From positions 20,305,608 to 20,369,607 of the forward strand of contig NW_026943821.1 in the NCBI RefSeq assembly GCF_035594765.1: a DNA stretch of 64,000 nucleotides, written 5' to 3'. Each line of letters opens with the position of its first letter. The stretch's first letter is position 1. The DNA comes from Anolis carolinensis (taxonomy: Eukaryota). The position numbers and the translations under genes are program-made. Positions 1 through 10,700 of the stretch are shown in pieces. The notes under the pieces are model-generated. The model did not search any database. It worked only from the letters and a program-made list of their open reading frames with translations, and was not told where the DNA came from.

Positions 1-1208
1 AGAATTCTAGAGTTGGGACCCCCAAGGACCTTCCTGTCCAACTCCTTTCCGTCAAGCAGGAAGACACAATCAAAGCCCTCCCGACAGATGGCCACCCAGC
101 CTGTACTTAAAAGCCTCCTGAGAAGGAGATAGGTAGATAGAATCATAGAGTTGGGACCCCCAAGGACCTTCCCGTCCAACTCCTTTCCGTCAAGCAGGAA
201 GACACAATCAAAGCCCTCCCGACAGATGGCCACCCAGCCTGTACTTAAAAGCCTCCTGAGAAGGAGATAGGTAGATAGAATCATAGAGTTGGGACCCCCA
301 AGGACCTTCCTGTCCAACTCCTTTCCGTCAAGCAGGAAGACACAATCAAAGCCCTCCCGACAGATGGCCACCCAGCCTGTACTTAAAAGCCTCCTGAGAA
401 GGAGATAGGTAGATAGAATCATAGAGTTGGGACCCCCAAGGACCTTCCCGTCCAACTCCTTTCCGTTAAGCAGGAAGACACAATCAAAGCCCTCCCAACA
501 GATGGCCATAAAGCCTCTACTTAAAAGCCTCCAGAGAAGGAGATAGAGAGATAGTATCCTGGAGTTGGGACCCCCAAGGATCTTCCTGTCCAACTCCTTT
601 CCGTCAAGCAGGAAGACACAATCAAAGCCCTCCCAACAGATGGCCATAAAGCCTCTACTTAAAATCCTCCTGAGAAGGAGATAGGTAGATAGAATCCTGG
701 AGTTGGGACCCGCAAGGACCTTCCCATCCAACTCCTTTCCGTCAAGCAGGAAGACACAATCAAAGCCCTCCCAACAGATGGCCACCCAGCCTGTACTTAA
801 AAACCTCCTGAGAAGGAGATAGAGAGATAGAATCATAGAGTTGGGACCCCCAAGGACCTTCCTGTCCAACTCCTTTCCGTCAAGCAGGAAGACACAATCA
901 AAGCCCTCCCGACAGATGGCCACCCAGACTGTACTTAAAAGCCTCCTGAGGAGATAGGTAGATAGAATCATAGAGTTGGGACCCCCAAGGACCTTCCCGT
1001 CAAGCAGGAAGACACAATCAAAGCCCTCCTAACAGATGGCCCCCCAAGCCTCTACTTAAAAGCCTCCTGAGAAGGAGATAGAGAGATAAAGTCCTAGCAT
1101 TGGAAAGGACCCCAAGGGCCATCCAGTCCAGCCCCTTTTGTCAAGCAGGAAGACACAATCAAAGCCCTCCCGACAGATGGCCACCCAGACTGTACTTAAA
1201 AGCCTCCA
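1..1208 (-). repeat. Tandem array of about 9 copies of a 138-bp unit derived from a CR1 LINE 3' end
   Basis: The anchor TTGGG recurs at 13, 151, 289, 427, 565, 703, 841 and 976, with a diverged copy near 1100. The unit contains AGAATCATAGAGTTGG...CAATCAAAGCCCTCCCGACAGATGGCC, the reverse complement of the CR1 3' tail seen as single copies elsewhere in the window. Confidence 0.9.
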
Positions 1209-1359
1209 AGGCAAGCCAAACAGCATCTTATACTCAGGAGCGCCTTCCTGGTGTTTAGGTAGAATCTTTTCTCGCCCAAGCCCTGGATTTCGCTCTTCTC
1301 AAATTGCATTAGAACGGGTCTGGTCTCCTCTGAGCATCTGCAGAGTGCATTTCCGTTTC

Positions 1360-1790
1360 CAAGGGGCGGCTCGGAGGACCAGGCGCCGGAGAGGCGTGGC
1401 TCCTGGAGGGAAGGTGGCCCAACTTCTTCCTCCTTTCCTTCCTTCCTTCCTTTCTCCCTTCCCTTTTTCTTTGGCTCACAGCAAGTGATGCGGGTCGAGA
1501 AGGACAATGGCAGGGAGGGAGGGAGGAGGACCCATTCCGGGTGGGCAGAGGCTCAAGGGAAAGGCAGGACGGGGAGAGGGTGGCTTTGGGGGGCTCTCCT
1601 TAAGGAAGGAAGGAAGGACAGCTCCTCGTGGACCCCCCCGCCCCCTCCTCGCAGTCTTTACCTGTCCGCGGGTTTCACCTGGAGCCACAGCCTCCGCCTC
1701 CAGCCGAAGGGCAAGCAGCCCCTTCCATCCTGATGCTGGGGAGGCGCCGGGGCTTTCAAACTCCTCCTCTTGCGCCGGGTTTTCTGGGAT
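1360..1790. promoter_or_regulatory. GC/CpG-rich island-like segment, possibly the promoter or first exon of a gene running off the left edge
   Basis: CpG-rich, with a GC box (CCCCGCCCC near 1636) and a minus-strand donor-like CAG|GTAAAG at 1662/1661. Confidence 0.35.
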
Positions 1791-2249
1791 TTGCAGTTCC
1801 AGTGCTCTTCAACAGCTCCATCCACGACCGAACATCCACATCCCACCTGAACATTAGGAAAAAACTTCCTGAGCTGTTCAACAGTGGAACTCACTGCCTC
1901 TGAGCCTGATGGAGCGCTCCTTCCTTAGAGGCTTTGAAACAGAGCATGGATGGTCATCTGTCAGGGGTGTTAAATTAAATTTCCAATTAAAAGAGAAATA
2001 TAATATAGGTAAGAATATTGGATTTAGTGAAAAGGAAACCTTTTGGGGAAAAAGTGTTGAACTTTGATAAGAAAATAATCACAAGTATATACAGTAGAGT
2101 CTCACTTATCCAAGATTCGCTTATCCAAGGTTCTGGATTATCCAATTATCCTCCTTTCTTGGAGGCTTTGAAACAGAGGCTGGATGGCCATCTGTCAGGG
2201 CTGTTAAAATAACTGCACCCAGTCTCTGGGCAATATATTATTATTATGA

Positions 2250-2710
2250 TTATTGACACAACAACATTGTATGACACAGCAAACGAGATAGACATGCTGG
2301 ATTTCGTATCACAAAATCACAAGTTGAACACTTCCCAAGTGTCTAGGACTGTGTGATGTACTTTCGGATGATGTGTGCAGATCCCAGTAGGGTGGCCTTT
2401 TGCAGTTGGCAGATCGTAATTTTGTCAATGTCTATTGTTTCCAAATTATTATTATTATTATATTGTATGACACAGCAAACAAGATAGATGTGCTGGATTT
2501 CGTATTACAAAACTACAAGTCGAACACTTCCCAAGTGTTTAGGACTGTGTGATGTATTTTCGGATGATGCGCGCAGATCCCAATCGGTTGGCTTTTTGCA
2601 GTTGGCAGATCGTGATTTTGTCAATGTTGATTGTTTCCAAATGCCGGCTGAGATCTTTTGGCATGTCACCCAGTGTGCCCATCACCACCAGGACCAGCTG
2701 CACTGGCACT
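2250..2710 (-). mobile_element. Two 5'-truncated R4/Dong-clade non-LTR retrotransposon 3' fragments
   Basis: The minus strand encodes the C-terminus ICQLQKATLLGSA..I..YITQS also seen in the 5.8-7.3 kb copy. Each fragment abuts a (TTA)n tract. Confidence 0.75.
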
Positions 2711-2870
2711 AATGCACTAGCATGAAATTACTATATTGTACTATATCATTACATTGTAATATTATTAGTAATATTCCCTTTAATATATAATATATAATAA
2801 ATATTATTAAATTGTATTATTATCAGTATTATATTGAAATACATTATAATATTATCAATACAATATATTA

Positions 2871-3843
2871 TCTATCTATATATATAAAAGGGTAATGATA
2901 TTTCGGCCTAGGACAAAACAACAAAACTACACATCCCAGAAACACTAAACTTGGCAGCACAACCCCTCATCCATGCCTCTACTTCCATACAACAAAAAGA
3001 AAAAAAAGTCCTAATTAGAGGGAGAGAAATAATTGTTTTTATTCAATTGCTGCCAGTTAGAAGGCTAAGCTCTGCCCACTTGGTCTCCTAGCAACCCACT
3101 CAGCCCAGGGGACAGACAGAGTTAGGCCTCACTTAGGCCTCTTCCACACTGCCTATAAAATACAGATTATCTGATTTGAACTGGATTATATGACAGTGTA
3201 GACTCAAGGCCCTTCCACACAGCTATATAACCCATTTATAATGGATTTAATGTCAGGAGAAAACCTTTACCCTTTACCTTAACTACCACCAATTCCTCAA
3301 TACTTTATTTCCCATACCACCATACTTTGCCACAGCAACGCGTGGCCGGGCACAGCTAGTATATATATAAAAGGGTAATGAAATTTCGGCCTAGGACAAA
3401 ACAACAAAACTACACATCCCAGAAACACTAAACTTGGCAGCACAACCCCTCATCCATGCCTCTACGTCCATACAACAAAAAGAAAAAAAAAGTCCTAATT
3501 AGAGGGAGAGGAATAATTGTTTTTATTCAATTGCTGCCAGTTAGAAGGCTAAGCTCTGCCCACTTGGTCTCCTAGCAACCCACTCAGCCCAGGGGACAGA
3601 CAGAGTTAGGCCTCACTTAGGCCTCTTCCACACTGCCTATAAAATACAGATTATCTGATTTGAACTGGATTATATGGCAGTGTAGACTCAAGGCCCTTCC
3701 ACACAGCTATATCACCCATTTATAATGGATTTAATGTCAGGAGAAAACCTTTACCCTTTACCTTAACTACCACCAATTCCTCAATACTTTATTTCCCATA
3801 CCACCATACTTTGCCACAGCAACTCTTGGCCGGGCACAGCTAG
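2871..3843 (+). mobile_element. Two near-identical ~485-bp non-autonomous Helitrons, one apparently inserted into the 5' end of the other
   Basis: 5' TCTATATATATAAAAG start; 3' hairpin GCCAC-AGCAACGC-GTGGC followed by CTAG at 3356-3359 and 3840-3843; A|T insertion site with no TSD. Confidence 0.75.
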
Positions 3844-5346
3844 TATTAGTATATATTATAAATTAAGTTTATATTTCTTTTTCCTTGTCTTTGGGCTATT
3901 TGTGCAATGCCCGTATCTCTGCCCTCCTTAGACCATGCTTTAGATTCTGCAGTTTAAAGGAGAAGATGCAGGTTGCTGGCCCTCTCCTGTCTTCCCTGCC
4001 TCTCTTCCTCGCTCTCCTAGCTTTGCTCTGGAGGGAATTTCCAGAGGAAATGCGCTTGGATGAGAAAACAGCCCATGCATTTGCGCCACCTGCTTCCAAT
4101 CAGTGGCGGCCTCCAAGTCCGGCTTTTTCTTCGCAGGAGTCAGTGAGCCCAGCCATGGCATGTGCCCAATGCACACGAAATGTGGTTTAATGCAGCACAT
4201 TTCCTTCGCTTCTAGACGCACAAAGAGATTGCCATCGGCAATGGCATCATGAAGGATGGAGCGGGTTTGTGGCTGCAATGCAGTCCATCCCTGGCCTGAA
4301 ATCTCTCCTCCTCCTTCCTCCATCAAAAACATAAACGCCTGTACTTTCACCTCCCCAGGTATCGCAGCCACAAAAGCACCCAGTTTATATTTCAATGTTA
4401 ATTAGCAGAACCTCTTTGTTCCAAAGCATCGTTCTCTCCAGGCGTCTGTCACTTTCCCCTTTCCCTCTATTTGGAATATTTCCAAACAGACCCAGGTGGG
4501 ACCCAATGGGCAAAACCCGCAGCAGAGCTTCTCAGCTGTCCTTCCCAGCTGCTCCCTTCATCCGTGGGCTGGCTCTGTTGAACGAGAAGCCAATGCTCAC
4601 GGAAAAAGAGAGCCAACATTGCAAAATAGAGTGGGAAACAGGTTTTTTGCAGGCAGGGATATAACCAAAGATCATTGGAAAAAAAGGTGTCACCAATGCC
4701 ATCTCTGTTCCAAGGTTTTGTGCTTCATCCAAAGACTAACACTATCCAACACTATGCTTTTCAATGGGAAAAGCACCTTATGTAATCCACTGCCACTAGT
4801 GGTGCATCCACACTGTAGAATTAATGCAGTTTGATCCCACTTTAACTGCCCTGGATGATTGCTATGTGCCCAGGCTTTTAACGAATAAATGACAAAGACG
4901 ACCCAGACTGTTATATGGATAAAGTAGGAGGATATTGGACAAACGGATTTTAAGCATATGTTTTATATTGTATACTGTATTTAATTGGTTGTAATACATT
5001 TTTTATATGTTGTTGTTTTTAATGATGTGTCGGCATCGAATTGTTGCCAATTGTACGCTGCCCTGAGTCCCTTCGGGTGAGAAGGGCGGGATAGAAATAT
5101 TGGAAATAAATAAAATAAATATTACATTTATATATATATCATCCCGAAGGGGACTCAGAGCGGCTTACCAATTAAATTTACACACAATATTATATTATCA
5201 GCATAGCACAATACTGGCAATAAATTACCATATTGTACCATATCTATATATTGTAATATTATTAATATTAAATGTAATATATGATTAATATTATTATATT
5301 GTGTTATTAGTATTATATTGTATTACAAAAAATATTATTAATATTA

Positions 5347-5653
5347 CAGTAGAGTCTCACTTATCCAAGCCTCTGGATTATCCAAGCCATTTTTGTAGTC
5401 AATGTTTTCAATATATCGTGATATTTTGATGCTAAATTCGTAAATACAGTAATTACAACATAACATTACTGCGTATTGAACTCCTTTTTCTGTCAAATTT
5501 GTTGTATAACATGATGTTTTGGTGCCTAATTTGTAAAATCATAACCTAATTTGATGTTTAATAGGCTTTTCCTTAATCCCTCCTTATTATCCAAGATATT
5601 CGTTTATCCAAGCTTCTGCCGGCCCGTTTATGTTGGATAAGTGAGACTCTATG
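5347..5653. mobile_element. Tc1/mariner (Tigger/pogo-like) MITE, ~310 bp
   Basis: TIR CAGTAGAGTCTCACTTATCC, TA flanks; same family occurs about 10 times in the window. Confidence 0.8.
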
Positions 5654-5782
5654 TATTAAGTATGTATTTTATTCTGTTTTATTGTAATTATCCGGGTTTG
5701 GCTTCATGTTAGCCACCCCGAGTCTCTTCGGGGAGATGGAGGCATGATACAAGAATAAAGTTACTATTATTATTATTATTAT

Positions 5783-7318
5783 TTGAAACACAACAAGATG
5801 AGTCCACAGCAGACACTCTGCTGGCTGTTGTACTGGATCATACGTCAGACACTTCCCAAGTGTCTAGGACTGTGTGATGTATCGGCAAATAATGCGTGCA
5901 GATCCCAGTAAGGTGGCCTTCTGCAGCTGGCAGGTGGTAATTTTGTCAGCGCCAATTGTGTTTAAGTGCAGGCCAAGGCCTTTAGGCACTGCACCCAGTG
6001 TGCCAATCACCACTGGGACCACCTTGACTGGCTTGTGCCAGAGTTTTTGCAGTTCGATCTTTAAATCCTCATATCGTGTCAGCTTTTCCAGTTGTTTCTC
6101 CTCAATCCTGCCATCATCTGGGATTGCGACATCGACAATCCATACTTTGTTTTTTAACACGATCGTGAGGTCAGGAGTATTGTGCTCCAAAACTGTCTGT
6201 CTGAATTCGGAAGTACCAGAGTAGCTTGACATGTTCATTCTCTGTAACTTTTTCTGGCTTGTGATCCCACCAGTTCTTTGTTGCAGGCAGATGGTATTTA
6301 TGGCACAAGTTCCAATGAATCATCTGAACAACGGTGTTATGCCTCTGCTTGTAGTCAGTCTGTGCGATCTTCTTGCAGAAGCTGAGGATGGGGATCTATT
6401 GTTTCATCTGCTTCCTTGCAGAGTCTACATTTGGGATCTGTTGTCAACTTTTGAATTTTGGCTTTGATGGCATTGGTTCTAATGGCTTGTTCTTGGGCTG
6501 CCAGAACCAGGCCCTCCGTCTCCTTCTTCAAAGTTCCATTTGTGAGCCACAGCCATGTTTTTTCTTTGTCAATTTGTATCTCAATTTTTCCCAGGAACTG
6601 TCCATGGAGAGCCTTCTTTCGCCAGTTTTCTCTTCTGCTCTGGATTGTGTTTTTATGGTATTCATTCTTTGTCTTTTGCACTTGAAGCAGTTTACTACTC
6701 TTGACTTCCCTCAATGCTGGTTCTTGACTGCCTTTCACATAATCTGCCAGGGCATGTTTCTCTTCTTCTACAGTTTGTTTCACTTGCAGAAGCCTTCTTT
6801 CTGCCTCCCGATTTTCTGGGCAGGTAAAGTCTGTTGACATCACTATGTGGGTGTCATGAGTAGTGGATTGTCATGTTTTCTTGTTTTTCTGTCCAGATCA
6901 TCCAGCTCTGCTTGTATCCAGTTCACAATTCCAGCACTGTATCTATTGACAGGGATGGCCCAGGTGTTGATAGCCTTGATCGTATTTCCGCCATTTAATT
7001 TGCTCTTCAAAACTTTTCTGACTCTTTGGATATATTCTTTGCTGACCACATTTTTCACATGCCCATGCGTGACATTTTCTAACTGTAGTATGCCCCGATA
7101 TTTATAGGCTTCAGGCTGATTGCATTTTATGGTTTGTCCATTAGGCATCTCTATGCCCTTGCTGTGAGTACTTTTCCCTTTCTTTAATGCCATTGTGGCG
7201 CATTTGTCTAGGCCGAACTCCGTACTGATGTCAGTGCTGAAGATTCTGACTGTGTTGGTCAGTGATTGGATTTCTGTTTCTGATTTTCCATAAAGCTTTA
7301 GATTATCCATGTACAGCA
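5783..7318 (-). mobile_element. 5'-truncated, frameshifted R4/Dong-clade non-LTR retrotransposon (RT C-terminus, CCHC finger, restriction-like endonuclease)
   Basis: Broken ORFs contain LYMDNLKLY (degenerate YxDD), FGLDKCA, YKYRG, KAINTWAIPV, CRLCKEADETID and PDL...IVDVAIP. (TTA)n tracts flank both sides. Confidence 0.85.
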
Positions 7319-7579
7319 TTATTATTATTATTATTATTATTGTTATTATCCAGTCCACCCCCATTCTGCTAAGAAGTAGAAAAATCGCATTCAAAGCACC
7401 CCCGACAGATGGCCATCCAGCCTCTGCTTAAAAGCCTCCAAAGAAGGAGCTTATCCCAGGTTCCACCAAAAGCAGTCTTGTCCTTTGGTGGAAAGGAATA
7501 ATAGAGCTGGGTGTAGTTTGCAGTTCAAGCCATGTAGACGGGGCCTTAAGAGTCAGTTGCTTAGCGTCCTCCCAACAGG

Positions 7580-7735
7580 AATGCGACCCCGCCCCTTTCT
7601 GAGCCGGAAGTGTCTCCATGTCAACATTGGCCGCTCCGCCCTTTGATGGGAAGCCGCCGGAAGTGACGGTGCCTGGAGGGGCGGGTCCGAGGCCAGTAAA
7701 TATTGGTGACGTCAGGCTGCCAAGATGGCGGAGGG
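7580..7735 (+). promoter_or_regulatory. BSDC1: BSDC1 CpG-island housekeeping promoter
   Basis: ETS/GABP CCGGAAGTG at 7604 and 7657 (the latter as ETS-CRE CCGGAAGTGACG); GC box at about 7678; reverse CCAAT at 7702; palindromic CRE TGACGTCA at 7707-7714; YY1-type CAAGATGGCGG overlapping the ATG. Confidence 0.8.
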
Positions 7736-10700
7736 GTGAGCCTCAGAGGGAGCGCGGGGGGAGGAAAGGGGAGGGGTGGGGAGGGGGGTCTCTCGACTCC
7801 GCTGGGTTTCCAAAGCAAGGGGCCCAAAGCAGCTGGGTGCCTTGTTGGGGAGAAAGGCCGGAGGAGGAGGAGGCACTGGGAGGCTGAGTCTTCAGGGGAA
7901 GGAGAAGCCGGTCTTGTTGGGCGTCCACACTGCAGAACTAATCCGTTTTGACACCGCTGTGGGATTCTGGGAGTTGTACTTTACCAAGGCAGTTCAACTG
8001 CGTTATATGAGTCTACACCAGGCATGGGCCAACTTCGGCCCTCCCTCCAGGTGTTTTGAATTTCAACCCCCACAATTCCCAACAGCCGGTAGAAACAAAA
8101 CCGGTTTTCTTTTTCATCCAAAATATTAGTGGGAAAGGAACCCTTTCAGCTCGGAGCCATTGGTTCCATTGACAGGAAAGGATATTCCATTTGAACCTTA
8201 GGAAGAACTTCCTGACTTTAAGAAGAGCAGTTTAACAGTGGAACTCTCTGCTGCGGAGTCCGGTGGAAGCTTCTTCCCTGGAGGCTTCTAAACAGACTGG
8301 ATGGCCATCTGTTGGGAGGGCTTTGATTGTGCTTTTCCTGCCTGATAGCAGAAGAGCGTTGGTCTGATAGCCCTCTTTGGGGTCTCTTCCAATTCTTTGA
8401 TTCTATTATTCTGTGTTTCAAAGATCCTCGAAGATGTGTTGTCGAAGGCTTTCATGGCCGGGATCACAGGGTTGTTGTATGTTTTCCGGGCTGTATGGCC
8501 ATGTTCCAGAAGTATTCTCTCCTGACGTTTCGCCCACATCTATGGCAGGCATCCTCAGAGGTAGCCTGCCATAGAGGTAGGCTGCCTCACAACCTCAGGA
8601 TGCCTGCCATAGATGTGAGTGAAACGTCAGGAGAGAATACTTCTAGAACATGGCCATACAGCCCGGAAAACATACAACAATCCTCGAAGATGTTCCCAAA
8701 ATGTGTTCTTGATGGCTGGAAATGTATATTATTAGTACATCCAATAGGAAGAGATAAAGGATATCAGCGTAGTTCTGATTCTGAGGTTGGCCCCATCTAC
8801 ACTGCCATATAAAATAATTTCTGAATCTATATCCAGTCGTTCCTTTGCTATTGAAAGGCGAATTTCTGAATTATAGCTGAGGAAGGATTAATAGTTTAAT
8901 GTTTAATAGAAACAGAATCAACTTATAATACCGCAATATTCATAACACACTCCTTGAGTTTATGATGTAAAATTCCCACTTTCAGCTTCATATGTTTGTC
9001 CTGTAACAGGGAAGATGGAGGCTGGTGGCGGAGCTGGCTGCAGCAAAGCCTTCAAACAGTCAAAGAGAAGGTGGGTGGACTGGCCTTTTATCAAAAAGTG
9101 TGTCTCTCTCCCGACTCTGAGCAAACAGCTTCCTTTTGTACACTTCTCACTTCAAGTTGTGGCCGTATTTCCTTTCTTGAGCCCACTTCTGAAATGAGCT
9201 GGAAGCTATGTCTTTGAATTCTTGTATGCTTGGTTAATAAATGTTTTTTCTAGGCAAACATGAATGCTTTAGTGGTTGCTTTGATGGCAAGTGATGTCAG
9301 TTGTTATGGCTCTCCTTATTTTTCATCATACCTTCATCTTAGACCTATTATGGTCTTGGAACAGCATGTTGAATCTGCAAGATGTCATTTCAAATTCTTT
9401 CCCTGTTGTCAACCCACTCCAGTTTTTTCCCCCTGTTGTTAACCCACTCTTTTCACCTGACTTCCTCTGCTATTAAATTAGAGGTAATGATAGAGTCCTA
9501 CCTCCACAGACTTGTTATGCAAACAAACAAGTTAATGATTGAGAACTGCTTCAGTGCTGTTATAATGAAGCCTTTACTTGAACGGAAATACCATTGTTTC
9601 CAGCAAAGCTTACTCCTTGACTGGTAGATTTTTTTATATATAAGTAGTTATACTCGGCCCTTTATCAAGAGAGCACAGAGCATCTTACAATAGCATTAAA
9701 ATGGATTAAACAGCCCAAAAGCAGTAAATTATTATCTGTCTGTCAGGGATGCTTTGATTGTGCTTTTCCTGCATGGCAGGGGGTTGGACTACATGGCCCA
9801 TGTGGTCTCTTCCAACTCTATTATTCTATTATTCTATGAAATGAGCTGAAAATATATGAAATAGCACAGCCCAACAAAAAGCAATTCCTTCATGTCTTGG
9901 TTTTTATGTCTGTTCCTGGGATTATTTTGGTCTGATTCAGAAAATTGCATTGGACAGACTGCTCTAGTTTCTTAGATATGATTATCATGGTTTTGTGTGG
10001 GCGAGAAGATGAAGACTATAAAGTACATTTTTGGAATCAGCAGGTCAGATATACCCAAAAAGAGGGCTAACATTTGAAGCACCAAAATGTTTGTTGGCCA
10101 GTGTAATTTGAAAAATGTCAAGTTTTTTAAAACTGTAAATAATGGACTTTGAGTTGCATTAATGAGAGCCAAAGGTTTATGAACAATCCAAGTTTTAACT
10201 GGGCATCTAAACTGGGCCTTCAGGGTGATAGCATTCTATTCAACACTAAGCACAAATCTGTTATCTTCTTCCTTTGCTGCAGTCCACAGAGGCCTTGGAG
10301 TTCATGAAGCGAGACCTGACAGAATTCACGCAGGTGGTCCAGCATGACACGGCCTGCACCATTGCGGCCACTGCCAGCGTTGTCAAGGAGAAACTGGCAG
10401 TGAGTGGGCACCAGATTCTGAAATAAAGTGATCTGGGTGGGAGGGAAGGCATAGTGGGTCTTCTTTTCCCTCCACTGTAATGATTCCCACCTTTCCCTGT
10501 TGCTACTTTGGTGCCTCTCATTTGGACCCAAAGGAATACAGCCATGTCTGATTTCTTGTCTGTATTGTCTGACTGCCTTTTTAAAAATGTTTTTGAGAAG
10601 ACGGAGAACTCCTCGGGTACCACTGAAAAGGTGAGGAAAGGGCTTTCCAACTTCCTGGGCGTCATCTCAGACACATTTGCCCCTTCGCCGGATAAGACCA

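Noticed and set aside
1-1208. CRISPR-like regular repeat array
   Set aside because: The whole 138-bp unit is repeated with no unique spacers, the context is a vertebrate genome, and the unit is CR1-derived.
5864-7394. Functional retrotransposon ORF
   Set aside because: It is 5'-truncated, frameshifted, and the catalytic YxDD is altered to YMDN, so it is a dead copy.
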